A DNA stretch of 63,638 nt, the filler included, from Piedraia hortae CBS 480.64 (taxonomy: Eukaryota), in NCBI GenBank assembly GCA_010093745.1. It is 5 parts of 5 records of this genome, joined end to end, with 100 filler letters (N's around TTAATTAATTAA, not from the genome) between each part and the next. Parts side by side here need not be neighbours in the genome. Positions count along the whole stretch, not along the records: positions 21,010 to 39,913 come from MU006065.1; 4 more parts are not named here. One strand, written 5' to 3'. The translations under genes were made by a program, and so were the position numbers. Each line of letters starts with the position of its first letter. Position 1 is the stretch's first letter. Shown piece after piece: positions 24,461 through 37,800 of the stretch. The notes under the pieces were generated by a model. That model did not search any database and was not told the DNA's origin. It saw only the letters and a list, made by a program, of their open reading frames with translations.

Positions 24461-25178
24461 CTTACAGTTCATTGCCGACCTTTGCTGCAATTTCGATGCA
24501 ATGCTCTAGCGACTTGCATTTCTCCAAGATTTTCATGGTAGCTGTGTTCGCCGGGATCCTCATATTGCCACGAAGCACATCATACGATTGGAATATGACC
24601 GCCCTGAACACTCACAACGCAACGACAATTTTTTCACTATAGAAGTTGTTTCGCACTTTGAGGTGCCGCAACGCCGAATGAAATCGTGTACGTCTTTTAG
24701 GAACAGAAAATGCATTAGAGGAATGGATGGAGCGGAATACGAGTGGTAAAAAGTACATTAAAGTAGGATTTTGGAGAGTGTACTTTTGCGCAAGGCGAGC
24801 AGTTCACTGCATCGTAGGAAAATACACCAGGCGTCTAAGATCTCGGGCATGATCGAATCACGAATGGAAAGAAAAATTACTGTACATGTGAGGGGACGTA
24901 GCCGTCGTATCCTACCTATCGGTTCGTGACCTCCTTCAGATAGTAGAAGGCGCATGTGTTGTGTAATACTGCAAAGTTGGTCACGAGGGAAGGCCAAATA
25001 AGTATAGGATCCGTGTGTACGTCCTCGGGTTGTCGTTGTGCATTATGCGCCATGCCTGCCATGCTGCTTGGTAGATCACTAGGCAAGAGCTTGGTAGAGT
25101 GACTTCTGTAGTAACCGTATGAAACGATTGCGGATCAAGCATGTGCTCCGGGCCAAGGACGGCGCGCAAAAGACGTAT

Positions 25179-25698
25179 TCATCTTTCACCCTGTCGCTGT
25201 TGATGCTCTCGAGGAATTCCCAAAGCGCGACGTAATCTCTCGCTCTCGTCGCTCTTTGCCTGAGCAATTTCATGCACCTGATGACTTCTTAGATCTTTAG
25301 TTCCCTTGGTGAAAGTCTTGCTGGCTTTGCCGTGGAGTTCTTTGCGTAGCTGCTCGCATTTTACCTCTATTTGATCTTCGTCCAAGCTATCACAGTCAGC
25401 TGGTCTCGGTTTTGCGCATAGCACAAACAGGCTCACAGAGCCATTCACGGGGAAAGGATCCTTACCCTTCGTCCTCCAGTCTGTCTCTCAGTTCAAAGAC
25501 TTTCACTTCAATCGCCCTCAGTCGCTCATGCTCCAAGATCGCTGCGTCTGGCTTCCTTTGCTCGAGCTTCATCACCTCCTCCTGGCTCTGATTTGATGAC
25601 GGATGTTGGTCGCGCGGCTTGAGGCTCGATAGATTGCGCTGCACGTATCCCGACGTGCCGGAGCCTCTCGGTGTAGGGAGGCCGACATTGGCGGACAT
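25179..25698 (-). CDS. CWC21: Pre-mRNA splicing factor Cwc21 (1 intron)
   Basis: MSANVGLPTPRGSGTSGYVQRNLS, ILEHERLRAIEVKV, HQVHEIAQAKSDESERLRRALGI. Confidence 0.93.
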
Positions 25699-25751
25699 GG
25701 TTGCTTGGAACGGGCTGTTGCTACTGTGATCTGAATGGCGACGTTGCTCCC

Positions 25752-25879
25752 TGTTATAATTGTGAGTAGATGTGTACCAGTATGCATACAAGTCACTACG
25801 GAAAACTAGTTAACGCGTCAAGTCAAGAGCCAAGCACCGATTACTAATAACACGCGTAATATACCGCATATTCACAACA
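25752..25879 (-). mobile_element. Divergent solo LTR of family A (128 bp, TG...CA)
   Basis: Full-length alignment to LTR A; flanks CTCCC and TTCCC (4/5 TSD match). Confidence 0.93.
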
Positions 25880-26190
25880 TTCCCACCGCCCCGCACATGC
25901 GGAATCTTGCCGCCCCCACAAACCCCGGTTGCCTTCCAGAAGGACTACAAATCGGCAGGACAAACACCTGCCCCCGACCAGCTAGGAGTTCGTAGAGGAA
26001 ACCATGGGGTGGAAATAGGAGCAGATGAACGACTGATCAGTCATAGTTAGCCACATGTATCATAGCATCGACTCTGATCGATCCTAACCCTAAAACGAGA
26101 TCGATGACGCGATTGCCCCACGTTAGACCACGAGGCCATCTCGTCACTTGCCCATGACTAACTGTCTGGAAAGAACAAGTAACAGTCAAC

Positions 26191-28774
26191 ATGACCTCTA
26201 ATCGAACTGAAACGTCGGATGATAGATCCCCACATATCCCTGCATCTCCTTCTGCCAGCTTCTATGCTCTGAGCGATGACGAAGAGAACGATTACAACAT
26301 GATCAAGCACACTAAGCATCAGGCTGGTGTCCAACTGCTTCGCACCAAGAACAAAGTCTACGTTCATCCCACGCCTTCGGCCAAAGACAATGTGGAGGGA
26401 TGGATCGCCGTGATGCAAGAAAAAATACCGACTCCGACAAGTCCAGGGAGCATCAAATGTGGGCTCTTACTAGCCTGGCTGCCTGATGATAAGGTAGGAG
26501 ACGTTACAGCCGCATATAACAAGGTTGATATGGCTGAAGACGAGCTCCCCCGCCCTCCCATAGTACCCCCGCCACCTGCCAATGTCAACAGACAGGATGG
26601 CCACGTTCATGGCTTTCAGATCCCCGTCAGCCAGATATTCAGCATCATCGTAAGACCGCCGAGCATTGGCTGGTGGTTTGGTAGTATTATCATCAACACC
26701 CGCAGCGGGGAAAGTTTCCCGGCCTTATTCTTCCATGACTCCGAATGCAAGAGCACCATGGAGCACCGCAAACGCCTTCAACGGGAGAATTTCAGCATTG
26801 GCTCGGAAAATGGAAGCATCTTTTGGGGCGGGGATGTGGTAATCGATTGGCTGAAGCGCTACGTGCCTGTTGAGCGAGCTGCACATGAACTGGGCGTTTA
26901 CCTCATCGATCCTTCTGAAGAGGACAGGATTGGCTTTGGTAATGATTCTCAAAAGGTCAAGAATGTGCTTGAGGGTAAGCATAAAGACTTGTCAATTCAG
27001 AACAAAGAAGACCCGGTGGTTGCAGCATTGAACCAGGCGCGCTGGAACTTTTTAGAAAAGATGTCTCAGGTCACAACATTCGCCCGTCGCACCGCTCAAG
27101 CCGCTGCAGAGAACAGGAACTTACCCCCTCAGGTACGACGATTGCTTCAGAACCCGCAAGTGCAAACCGTGTCGGAGGAATTTGACTCGGCGAGGCTATA
27201 CCTAGCCAGATGGGCTATGGGAATCGCTGAGCAGAGCGAGAGAGAAAGGAGCCAGCGGCTGTGGACCGCCAAAGATGTTCTTGGGAAGGAGCATTCTGAG
27301 GTCGGTGAATTCGAGATTCTGGACGTCGAAAGTCTGGTACTTTCAGACCAGTACAAACCAGTCACGCAGAAAGAGTGGGATGGTTTTTTCAATCAGCGGA
27401 CAGGTGTTTTGGAAAAGACTGTTGATGAAGTCAAGCAACGTATCTTCCACGGTGGGTTTGAGTCGGACGCCGTTCGAAAGGAGGCGTGGCTGTTTCTTCT
27501 CGAAGTCTATGATTGGAAAAGCAGTAAAGACGAGCGTCAGGCAAAGATCAATAGTCTGCGTGATGAATTCGTCAAGCTTAAAGGCGCCTGGTGGGAGCGC
27601 TTGGTAGAGAACGACAACAATTACTCGCAGAGAGATTGGTGGAATGACCAGCGTAACAGAATTGGTAAGTCATCATATATAAAGACCCGGATTGCCAGTT
27701 TTACTCAAAACTAACCTGGTGGCGATCCCATAGAAAAGGACGTCCATCGCACAGATAGACACATACCTCTCTTCGCCGGCGAAGATATTCCCCACCCTAA
27801 TCCTGATAGTCCTTTCGCTGAACAAGGAACCAATGTGCATATGGAGCAGATGAAGGATCTTCTATTGACGTATAATGAATACAATCCCGATCTTGGCTAC
27901 GTGCAAGGCATGTCAGATCTCCTGGCCCCAATCTATGCCGTGGAGCAAGATGATGCCGTAGCCTTCTGGGCTTTTGTTGGATTCATGAGTCGAATGGAAA
28001 GGAACTTTTTACGAGACCAGAGCGGCATGAGGTCAGTGAAAAATCTGAGCACGTTTGCACATCACTAATGAAGCAGGTTTCAATTAATGACTCTTGACCA
28101 GCTGTGCCAGTTGCTAGACCCTAAACTGTACGAGCATCTGCAGAAGGTCGACAGCACGAATTTTTTCTTCTTTTTCCGAATGCTCCTAGTCTGGTAAGTC
28201 AATGACATAGATCCTATGAGCTTTTTCTCACACTTGGCACAGGTACAAACGCGAATTTGAATTCAACGACATTCTACGCCTCTGGGAGTCGCTATGGACA
28301 GACTACATGTCCTCGCAATTCCACATCTTTATTGCCATGGCCATCTTGGAAAAACATCGCAATGTCATCATGGACCACCTTAAAGGTTTCGACGAGGTGC
28401 TCAAGTACATCAATGAGCTCAGCGGAATGATTGATCTGCAATCCACCCTCATCAGAGCTGAGTCTCTCTTCCGCCAGTTTCAGCGCATGGTTGAAGCCAT
28501 TGACAAAAAAAACAATTTCCCATCCGCCCCCATTCCCCGTCAAAGGCTTCCTCAACCTCCATCTTCCTCCGACGCTACTCATATGTCCGGAAGGAAATCT
28601 CCTGCGGCCACAGCCCAAGTGTCCGGTCGTGACGCTGCGACTGCCACAGATGTTATACGTGGTGCCCAAGCGGAGTGTGTGATAACTCCTGAATTAAGGT
28701 CCCTGCTGAGCAGGGACCCACCGAAGTTGAACAAGGCAGAAGTAAGAGCGCATGGCGGTGGTGTGGGAAGTTAA
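26191..28774 (+). CDS. GYP7: Rab GTPase-activating protein (TBC domain), 3 introns
   Basis: KVYVHPTPSAKDN, IEKDVHRTDR across intron 1, GYVQGMSDLL, FFFRMLLVWYKREF. Confidence 0.95.
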
Positions 28775-30351
28775 GTTTCTGTGCTTGTACATCTGTTCCC
28801 GGTCCGGATCTGCTATGATGTTCTTAGCCTCAGCAGGTTTGAAATGCAATCACTCTGCAATCAGTATTGTTGAGCAAACAGTGTGTTGAACTATTTGCTG
28901 ATTGCCTAACTTTGGTTATTTTAGGCACTGCATGACGGAGGGGGTCTTACTTTAATGAATCCACCAAAACATTGCGGTAAGCAACGTAGTTAGCGACTCA
29001 AGAAAGGCAAATCGAGCTCTGCATCCATCTGTTTGGCGCTGTAGAAATCAGAATAGGTGCCTGCGATTCTGAAAGATGATTGGCCTAGGGTGAGTCGTAA
29101 TCCGAACGCGAGTTTACTCTGCCGATTTGGTAGAGCAAATTTCTTGGCCATCAAATGCTTAATGAATTGGGTCCAAAGACAACGTTCAAAGTCTGAGACG
29201 AATACATGATTTTTTAACTGCCCTTCCAATGACTGACGTGTGCGCCTTGTTGAATCTCTCAACTCAGTTCTTATCATTTCAGTTTAAACCTTGAAACCCT
29301 GACTGCAACTGTGAGCCCAGTGGGGCGAATGTGGCTAGCAGGAGCAAACTCTCTACAAGTTATTGATGCGGCGGTATAAAGAGATTACGTAACAGGAAAC
29401 AAGGTTACTTGCGTCTCTCGCAGCAATCTGCGGGTTCACAAACTTTTTCAATGAAGTGTATGGTAAACTCTAAGATTGGCCACTTTGGGAGCACTCATCG
29501 CTAAATATGCTGCGATGGGTACCCGTCCCTCACCGTTTTGAACCCTCGAATGAAGACTTTCCCGCTAGTCTATGAGACGTCGATGATTCAGTAAAGTTTA
29601 ACTGAGAACTAGTGCAAACCTTATTGATCTAGCTCTGGGAGCGAGACACGTACTTGAGAGCCGGTGGCTCTCTTTCCTCGTCCTTCTCTGAAGCAATCGA
29701 CTCTTTTTCACAGCCAAATGCAGACACATCTACACCATCTCCTTCCACAATTTTCTGTGACTGATAAGTGGCATCGCGTTCGAGCGCAAGCTTACTTCCA
29801 ACCTCAAATCGGGAATTTAAAATGCGAGCCTGAACTGCTTCAGGGTTAATGCGACGAGATATAGTCTCCACTCAATTGCTTTGAACGTCAACGTTCAACA
29901 TTTTCCTACAAATTAATATTGTAAGGCGAGCTTACCGCCCAACGATATGCAGCTGGGGATATTCTTTTCCTGCATAGTCGTAGAGCTCGTCACTATTGGG
30001 TTCAGCAACTATACGATCGGTCAGTTCCTTCTCTAACACTTTCGTGGCCGTCTTCTTTCCTCGGCTCTGCAGCCCTTGTAAAGCCCTAAACTCCGTCTTA
30101 CACTCTCAGCTGCACGTGGAAAAACGTGGAGGTCATTCGTTTCGAGGACTTCCGCCATTTCGAAATACGCTAACCGTGTGTTGGTATGTGTGGTTTTAAT
30201 CGTGGCCGAGATTGTTGGTTTACCTGCACCCTGTAGCGACAGTACTCTTGTGGATGGGAGTGCGCAGCGGCCCAAACTAGGAGGACGTAGCGATAGACTA
30301 CGATCAACGACAGAGACAGGAAGGATGCAGGTGGGTAGCAGTCAATACCAG

Positions 30352-30597
30352 TGTTGATATGACAGTGTGAATAACTATCTCTATGAGGGGACGTCAGAAT
30401 AAATATTCTGTACCTGTGGGCCGGTGACGTCACGTCGTACACTAGCAGGGCGCATTCGCCATGTCACATATGACATGACCGTGAGGGAAAACCTCCGTGT
30501 GGGAAAAAACTAGGGTGCAGCTGGTAGTGTAGGAGGTATGCTGACTTGCTATGCAAGTGCCCCGCATACGCGCTAGCGGCGATGCTTGAATTCAACA
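30352..30597 (-). mobile_element. 246-bp LTR-like repeat, family B
   Basis: TGTTG...CAACA ends; followed (minus strand) by cTGGTATTGACT; inverted copy at 32384-32629. Confidence 0.8.
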
Positions 30598-31097
30598 TCC
30601 CTGACCAGGATTCGGGCACTTGAAGATTTTCTTGTGTAGCTCTAGATACGCGTATATACGGACACACCTGTGAGGTGCCGCTGCTAATTAGAATAAAGCC
30701 GACGATTTTCTTTAGGCTCACGGTCTACCGAACCCAACATCTGGTCCTTGAAATCGGAAGGCTAACTAGCAATTATCCTTCCCAGTCTTCCGGTGATGTC
30801 AATATTGAAGAGTAAGGTCTAAAAATCATATTTTATTGTCCGACTGAGCGTCATTCGTGGGCCGCTGTCTTGACGACGCGTAACACGTCGACATCCCCAA
30901 AGCCAGAGCGCTCCTTGAATCTTCGCGCCTTCTTTTCCAGAAAAACCCGCAAACCCGCAACCCTGATTTCTGTACAGTTATGGTCACTCAGCAACAACAC
31001 GCGTGCGTATCTCAAGCGAAGTTCGCTCCCAATGCTGGTCTCAGCCAGCTTTATGTTCTAAACGCACACCTTCCAAACCATTACACGGCAGCACACG

Positions 31098-31520
31098 ATG
31101 CAAACCATCAGCATCTTAGCCTTGATCAGTGTTCTAAGGATTTCAAAGGCGCCAGTTTGGAATCAGCAGTTCAATGATGCCCTAGCCCGGCTCGAAGACT
31201 TGTTGAATGCGATTCTCCAGCTATGTGATCGTTACAAAGTCATCCCCAACTCTGTCAAGCAGGATGTGGAGTTACCTCTCCGAACCAGAAGGTTCTGTCA
31301 AGGAACTCTCTGTGCAGTTTGGGCTTCATTATGGGCAACTTTTTACCTGGGGCTCGCGGCTGGATGCCTTGCTGAAGATGGCAATGTGCATTTTCCGACG
31401 GTGAGCTACTGGACCGCGGCGGCTGCAGATGAGACGGCCAGGGCAAACAAGGTGTTGGAGGAGTGCGAGAGTGTTTTTACCCGGAAGTGTCTGGAGGGTT
31501 TACAGTTGAATGTGGATTAG
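31098..31520 (+). CDS. Hypothetical ORF (140 aa) between the inverted family-B repeats
   Basis: ATG-initiated ORF only; no motif recognised; may be a gene remnant. Confidence 0.25.
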   Translation: MQTISILALISVLRISKAPVWNQQFNDALARLEDLLNAILQLCDRYKVIPNSVKQDVELPLRTRRFCQGTLCAVWASLWATFYLGLAAGCLAEDGNVHFPTVSYWTAAAADETARANKVLEECESVFTRKCLEGLQLNVD

Positions 31521-32383
31521 GTGGCAGATACAAAGGGTGATGTTTTTTTGTTTCGTGCGGCTGGGTGGAGTCTCTTTTGAGCGTGACTTTGATTTACACT
31601 AAAAATGCGATACCAGGCTAAAGCCATTTTTCAAGCTGTCTACGATAAATTGCCTGCACAAATTGTTTGCCAATGACCCTGCCTGTAATTTGGCATCCAA
31701 TGGCTTCGCTGTGAACACTACAGGTAATGCTGTGGAAGCCGTGTGCCAAGTCTCATCTCTCTAGAATCACCGTTCGTCAGATGGAACGGTTGAAAAATTG
31801 TCTGACATCGGACTTAAATCAATTTATAGTTCGCCTGAAAACGGTTAAAACGATCCACAAATGGTTCAAAAATGGGTTATGAACGGTTCAGCTCATCAAT
31901 TGAAGAACTTCTAACGCCGGCAGCGTCTGACTCGACCAGATGAAATGGTAAAACAGATACCACGCCTTCCGTGTTTGATCCAAGCGCGTTCGCAATGGAC
32001 AGGTATACCGCTTGTCGTGCTCTATTATGGTACTGACATTAGAAATAACGTGAAGCATGATTGTGCGGTCGCCCAGACAATCACTTTTTGCCAAATGGTT
32101 GAAGCTATCCCGCAGACGTGCGAGTCATACCTCTCTCTTAACTCCATCAAATCCATTCAACCGTACAGCCGTAGACTCCTCGAGGCTATAATCAAGTAAC
32201 CATGCAACTCACCTGGAAGATTGGCGAGAGCACATCACGTATCTCTATTCAAAGCTCAAATGCTTACGATTGGAAACCCTCAACAGATCTTAAGACGATT
32301 ACAACACTCAAATCAGTTACTATACATGCGACGTTGTTTGGCCGATTGGGCCATCCGTGAACAACCCCTCGAACCCCAGGATG

Positions 32384-32629
32384 TGTTGGATTCAAGCATC
32401 GCCGCTAGCGCGTATGCGGGGCACTTGCATAGCAAGTCAGCATACCTCCTACACTACCAGCTGCACCCTAGTTTTTTCCCACACGGAGGTTTTCCCTCAC
32501 GGTCATGTCATATGTGACATGGCGAATGCGCCCTGCTAGTGTACGACGTGACGTCACCGGCCCACAGGTACAGAATATTTATTCTGACGTCCCCTCATAG
32601 AGATAGTCATTCACACTGTCATATCAACA
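32384..32629 (+). mobile_element. 246-bp LTR-like repeat, family B
   Basis: TGTTG...CAACA followed by PBS-like cTGGTATTGACT; two mismatches seen versus 30352-30597. Confidence 0.8.
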
Positions 32630-34882
32630 CTGGTATTGACTCATATTCATCTGCATCTGTCCTGTCCCTGTTGTCGATTTCCGTCTATCGCTTCGTCCTC
32701 TTCGGGCCGCTGCACACTCTCACCTACAGGAGCCCAATCGCTACAAGGGATGTGGGTCATCATCTGCAGATCGCTCCGCGGCGACCTGCACAACAGGCTT
32801 GTCCAATACTGTCCTAGTCAGTACCTTCGTTTTACCATGGGTGGCGTCCGTCTGCTCGCCCTGGTCGTGAACTGACGCACGATTTGTCTTACAGGAATCT
32901 TCACGGATCCGTCTTGTCAGCGGTCACTCTCATTCTTGTCCACAGATACCTCTTGATACACGCCATACTGGTGCAGCATTGCAATCTTATCCTTAGCCGC
33001 CGATCGCACAATCGTATATGCCACTTATGGCGAACGGGCTACTGACATGCCCCATCACGCCATGCGTGATGGTGTCTGTTGGGAGACTGGGCATGTTTGT
33101 TATACGGTGCTCAGAGGAAAAGGTTCAATAAATCCAGAAAATGAGGACAATCCGAACTGCTATTTACTAGAGAGCTAGGATGCTAATAACCAATCCAGAA
33201 GCGCCGTTCATACGCACGCTATCGCGTGTGTAGCTATAATTAACCAGCAGGGCGCGTCGGTATATTAAATTTCCCGTGCGCTTAGGCGGCGCGGGTCGTC
33301 CCGCGCGCTCTCTCAACCTCGCCATAACAGTTTGTAAGCACGTCCGCGGATCGCCCGGTAAGTGTCACATAGGCTGTTCCGGCTGAGCACCTTCAAGGGC
33401 ATGGACAACGCGATTGTCTCTCCCCATGAAGGACTGGTGCTTGTATGCACGTCCACATTACTCGCACACGAAAGAGCATTTTTGTCGGGATTGCGGTTTA
33501 TTTCGCCGGAAAGTAGAGGTTTGTCGGTGGCACAGATTTGGGTGGAGGATTGATGGAAATGCAGGGGCAAGGAAATCTCTTTGTTCGCCCACACTATCGG
33601 CCCAGTTCCGTCCACCAATCCGGGAAGGCTATCGGTCCGGCCATGGATGCCCACATCACCTGCTGGTCTCTTTTGTGGTATATGATCGGCGCCATTGAGG
33701 CACACAGCCAAGCCTACGTCGATGGCGGCCAGAATACACGATTTACGTCTACGCTATGTCTCATATCGGATGGAAAGATTGAAACGTCATACACACGGTG
33801 GGTTGTATAAACAGCATCTTGCCTCCTACACCCTGCATTTCCCTTTGCTGCGAGTGTTGATGCTTATGTCCTTGAACTACCCTTGCGTACGAGCCATTGT
33901 GACGTCCACCATGTGAGAACGCTCCATGCAACAGTTTTTCTCACCAATAATAACAAACTTTGACGTAATTGCGGAGGCTAACTAATCATTCACGGTAACT
34001 TGCGTTTCATCTCCGAAATCTTCACGCAAGATGAGCCCCCGCATCGTCTCAGTCATATGTTCAGATGGGCGGGTCGAAGCGTCCTTCGAAACTGCATCTT
34101 CTGCCGATTTAAATGAACGGATGCGTCTTTCTTGACTATACCACTAGTACCAGTCACCTGATAGCATAGCGATCTGGCGGTGGCGGACTTAAGGATCCAT
34201 TGCTCCCTCCTGTATGCCTGTTTTATGATCCTGACTGACGGCGGCTGTTTCTCCTTTAGCCTAATGCACGGTAGCTACATTCTCAGCGCGTTAACGCTTT
34301 GCTTCAAACGATGGGATTGCTTCAATCGTAGTCTTAGTATTGTTAGGGTGCTGTAGGGTCTGAATATCCTCAGACTGTGCATGTATGTCTGAAGCTCGGC
34401 CTTCCATTCACACGTAATGGCCAACCGACACGTGAACATGCCTTTAAGGGCGGCTGTGAGGAAGATGTTTGCATGTGAGTCTCTTCTGACCCAAAAAAGC
34501 GTACACCGTGGCACATAACAACCCCCTTATCGTTTAACTGACCGTCACTAGTTCATGTGCCACCGCGGCCAGAAAAGCGCACACCCTCCCTTTGATTATC
34601 GCCACGAACTAATCTATCCACGGATCTTGCTCGGATTTAGGCTACTCCGCAAAAAAAGCGCCGAGAGACCCACAGCGCATCGCGGCCGAGGAGTGGCGCC
34701 TTCCTCTACATGAGGAGAAATTCCACAAGGCCCCTTCTCATACGGTCTGACTGCGATGATATTAGCGTACATTGCATTGCAGTTCTCCACGCGAAAATTG
34801 TCACAGCAATTTTCACAAAAAAAAAAAAAAAAAAAACTTCGAATTTAGCAACATGTACTTACTTCATCGGTTAGTGAATGAA

Positions 34883-37800
34883 TTAGGACCGTTGGAAGTT
34901 CAATTCCATCCAGAAGTCTTTGCCCGTGAGATAGAAAACAGTAAAATCAGTCTCTTCTTTGAGAAAAACCATTGTTCGCCCACACGAGATCCAACCAAAT
35001 CTTTGCAGCTGATAATGGCGTTTAATCGCCTTCTGACCATTGACAATGATCCACTGTTCTGTAGGGTCCAAGAGGCAGATTAGTCGGCCTTGGAACATCG
35101 AAGTCGACAATGTCGAGGCGAAAGACTCCGCCTGCGTTTGGTGCTGGGCAGCTTCGTTGGCTACTAACTGTCCACAACAGGAATGAAACTTGACGACACG
35201 AAGCGGCCATCAACAAGTATCGAACCACCATGATGGCCCTGATCGAGTGTGCGCACAATGCACTCCGTTTCAATGTCCCATTTACATATTCTAAAAATGT
35301 CGCAAGTGCAAAGCATCCGACTGTCTGCTGAGAAACATGCCTCCCACACTTGTGTTCAGAGCTCAGTAACAGCGAGATTTGCGACTTCAGTCCCCAGATC
35401 CTTATTGTCTTATCCAGTGATGCCAATGCAAAGTTCTGCCCATCTGGAGGAATCACTATACAACGGATGACTTCCGTATGACCCATGAATGTTTCTCGCA
35501 GAACTCCACGTTTAACATCAATAGCACATATCTGACCGTCGTACGGACCGCAAAGGAGTGTTTTGCTGTCTGGGGATAATGCAAGAGCAGTAACTGTGTC
35601 CGGTCTGTCTCTGAGCTCTCTCAGTTCATCGGCATCCACGTCCCAAATCCAAACCGTGTTGTCTGCAGGGCTGTATAGGGAGGCAACAACTACAAAACAG
35701 CTGTCCGATGAGATCAGGATCCGGCTGTTGAAGATTTTAGAAAGTCTTTCGTCTGTTAACCACCGTTCGCAGATTTGCGTTTCAATGTTCCAAACGCTGA
35801 GCTGGCTTCTCTGACTCAAAAAAGCGAGTGAACGTCCATTCGTTGAAAGTGCGACGATACTGGGACCAGTCCGATGCCGCTGGCTCTTCAAGGCTAAATC
35901 TAGATCCAACTGTGATATCAATCCACCATGACACCCCACCAAGATTGTCTTCCCGTCGGGCGATGATGTCATGGCTGTGATTTCACTGGTTTTTAAGGGC
36001 AGTTTCATCGGCTCTTGTTGCGTTTGAAAGTCGTAGAGAAAGAGTCCAGCCCCTCCAAAACCCAAAACTTTCTGGCTGTCTGGTGTAACCATGAGAAAAC
36101 TTTCGTCACCTTCTCCTTACATGATTTGCTCAACTTCGTGGGTAGTGCAGTGAAACACCAATAACGTGTCAGAGCGAAAGACAACGAACTTGCCGTTTGG
36201 CGAGATGGCGATGCACTTGATAATAATAGTACCAACTTGGCATAGTTTTTCAGGCGCAGCTTGTGGGCTCCATTCCCAGATGTCTGTGGATCCCGACACC
36301 AGTGTCTCGCTATCCGACGAGAACGCCATGCATTCCACTGAAGAGCTGTGACCCTCAACCATCTGTCCGGCGTCCTTGTCGGCGTCCCAGATGTAGATCT
36401 CGCCGGTGACCAAGCCCCAAGCGGCATATGGCCCGTTCGGAGAGACGGAAACGCAGTTTGCATTGCTTGGGAGTTCGAGATCAATTCGTCTGGCGTCGTC
36501 TTCCAAGTCCCACCTCCAATGACTTCCCCACGACGCGTCAATGACCACATGGTCTTCTTCGGGGAATGCCGAAGTGACCTCGTGAACATTATGATATGGC
36601 ATTCCAATTTCCGCAAATTTTTCTTCGGTGCCACTTTCAACATCCCATAGTCGCACTGTGTTGTCCCATCCAACGGTAACAAGCCGTCTCCGTCGATTGA
36701 AGGCGTCATGGAAAGCATGCGCCCCGTATGCCCACACAGAATTTGCAATGTAAAGCCCCAATCACTCGCGATTGGCAGCCAAACTTGTAAAACCTCTTCC
36801 ATCTCACTTCTGAAGCTGTTTCGTACGACACTGTTACTCGGCGCAAAGGCAAGTGCTGAAACATATTTCTGACGCGGTGTATCGCTGACCAGGTTTCGGT
36901 TTGCTGAAATCCATCTTAGAGCAGCGGCGACAAAGTCGTGTAGCTTGGGCGAAGAATTCGACTGCGCGGGGTTAGACATACTTTCGGCAGACGGAAACAG
37001 AAGCAGTACATACGTCGATGACTCTTTGCAGCTGCCTGAGACTTGCTACCGTTTCCCCAAGCATTTCCAGCTAGGCCATTGCCTCTGTCCAATAAAGAAG
37101 AAATGCGCGTAGGAGAAGATCTACTTTTTCGCCATCCTCGACTGCCTCATTGCTATCGATCGCATGGCTGACCCAGTAGCGGCAAGCGTACTGTACTGAC
37201 TCGGAAATGTGTGTTTCGACATGCTCTGCGGACACATCTTTGCGTTTCACTGCTGGATCTTTCTGCTTGCAGACATCGCGAACCAACTTTTTCTTGAGCA
37301 AATTTACGCATTTGCTCATGAGGATGCCATGTACTTTTTCTTGATCAATCCAGAATTGAGGATGGTTCTTCAGATTAAACTCCATGAGGAAGTCTCTGAG
37401 GGATTCATGATAAATCCGCACCGTGGCCCGAGAGCCTGTTTTCACCTCCTTTCCGCTCGGGAAGTCGATTACCGAACTCAAGGGTTTGAGAGCATTCGGA
37501 ACCACCATGTTATCTCCTTCCCCCAGCAGATCCGTCAGCGCCGGAATCGAGAGGGGAGCACGCAGAACGACAATTGGCTCGATGGCTCGCTTGAAGTGGC
37601 TGAGCCACTTTGGATCAGCCTTAGAAGCCTGCTCGAGAATGCCTGAATAGATGCAGTTCAGCCCTTCTGAGCCAGTGAAGTTGAGCCGGTCGACCCATTC
37701 CCGAAGCTGCCTTCGTGGATCATTGCTCACTTCTCGGAATATCGTGGAGGCTGCAATGAACAGTGGCTTTGATATGTCAACAAGTTTGTCGACAACGCTT

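Noticed and set aside
34817..34836. A-run as poly(A) tail of a retrocopied NLR
   Set aside because: It is poly(T) on the gene strand, the gene has introns, and paralogue homology continues past it.
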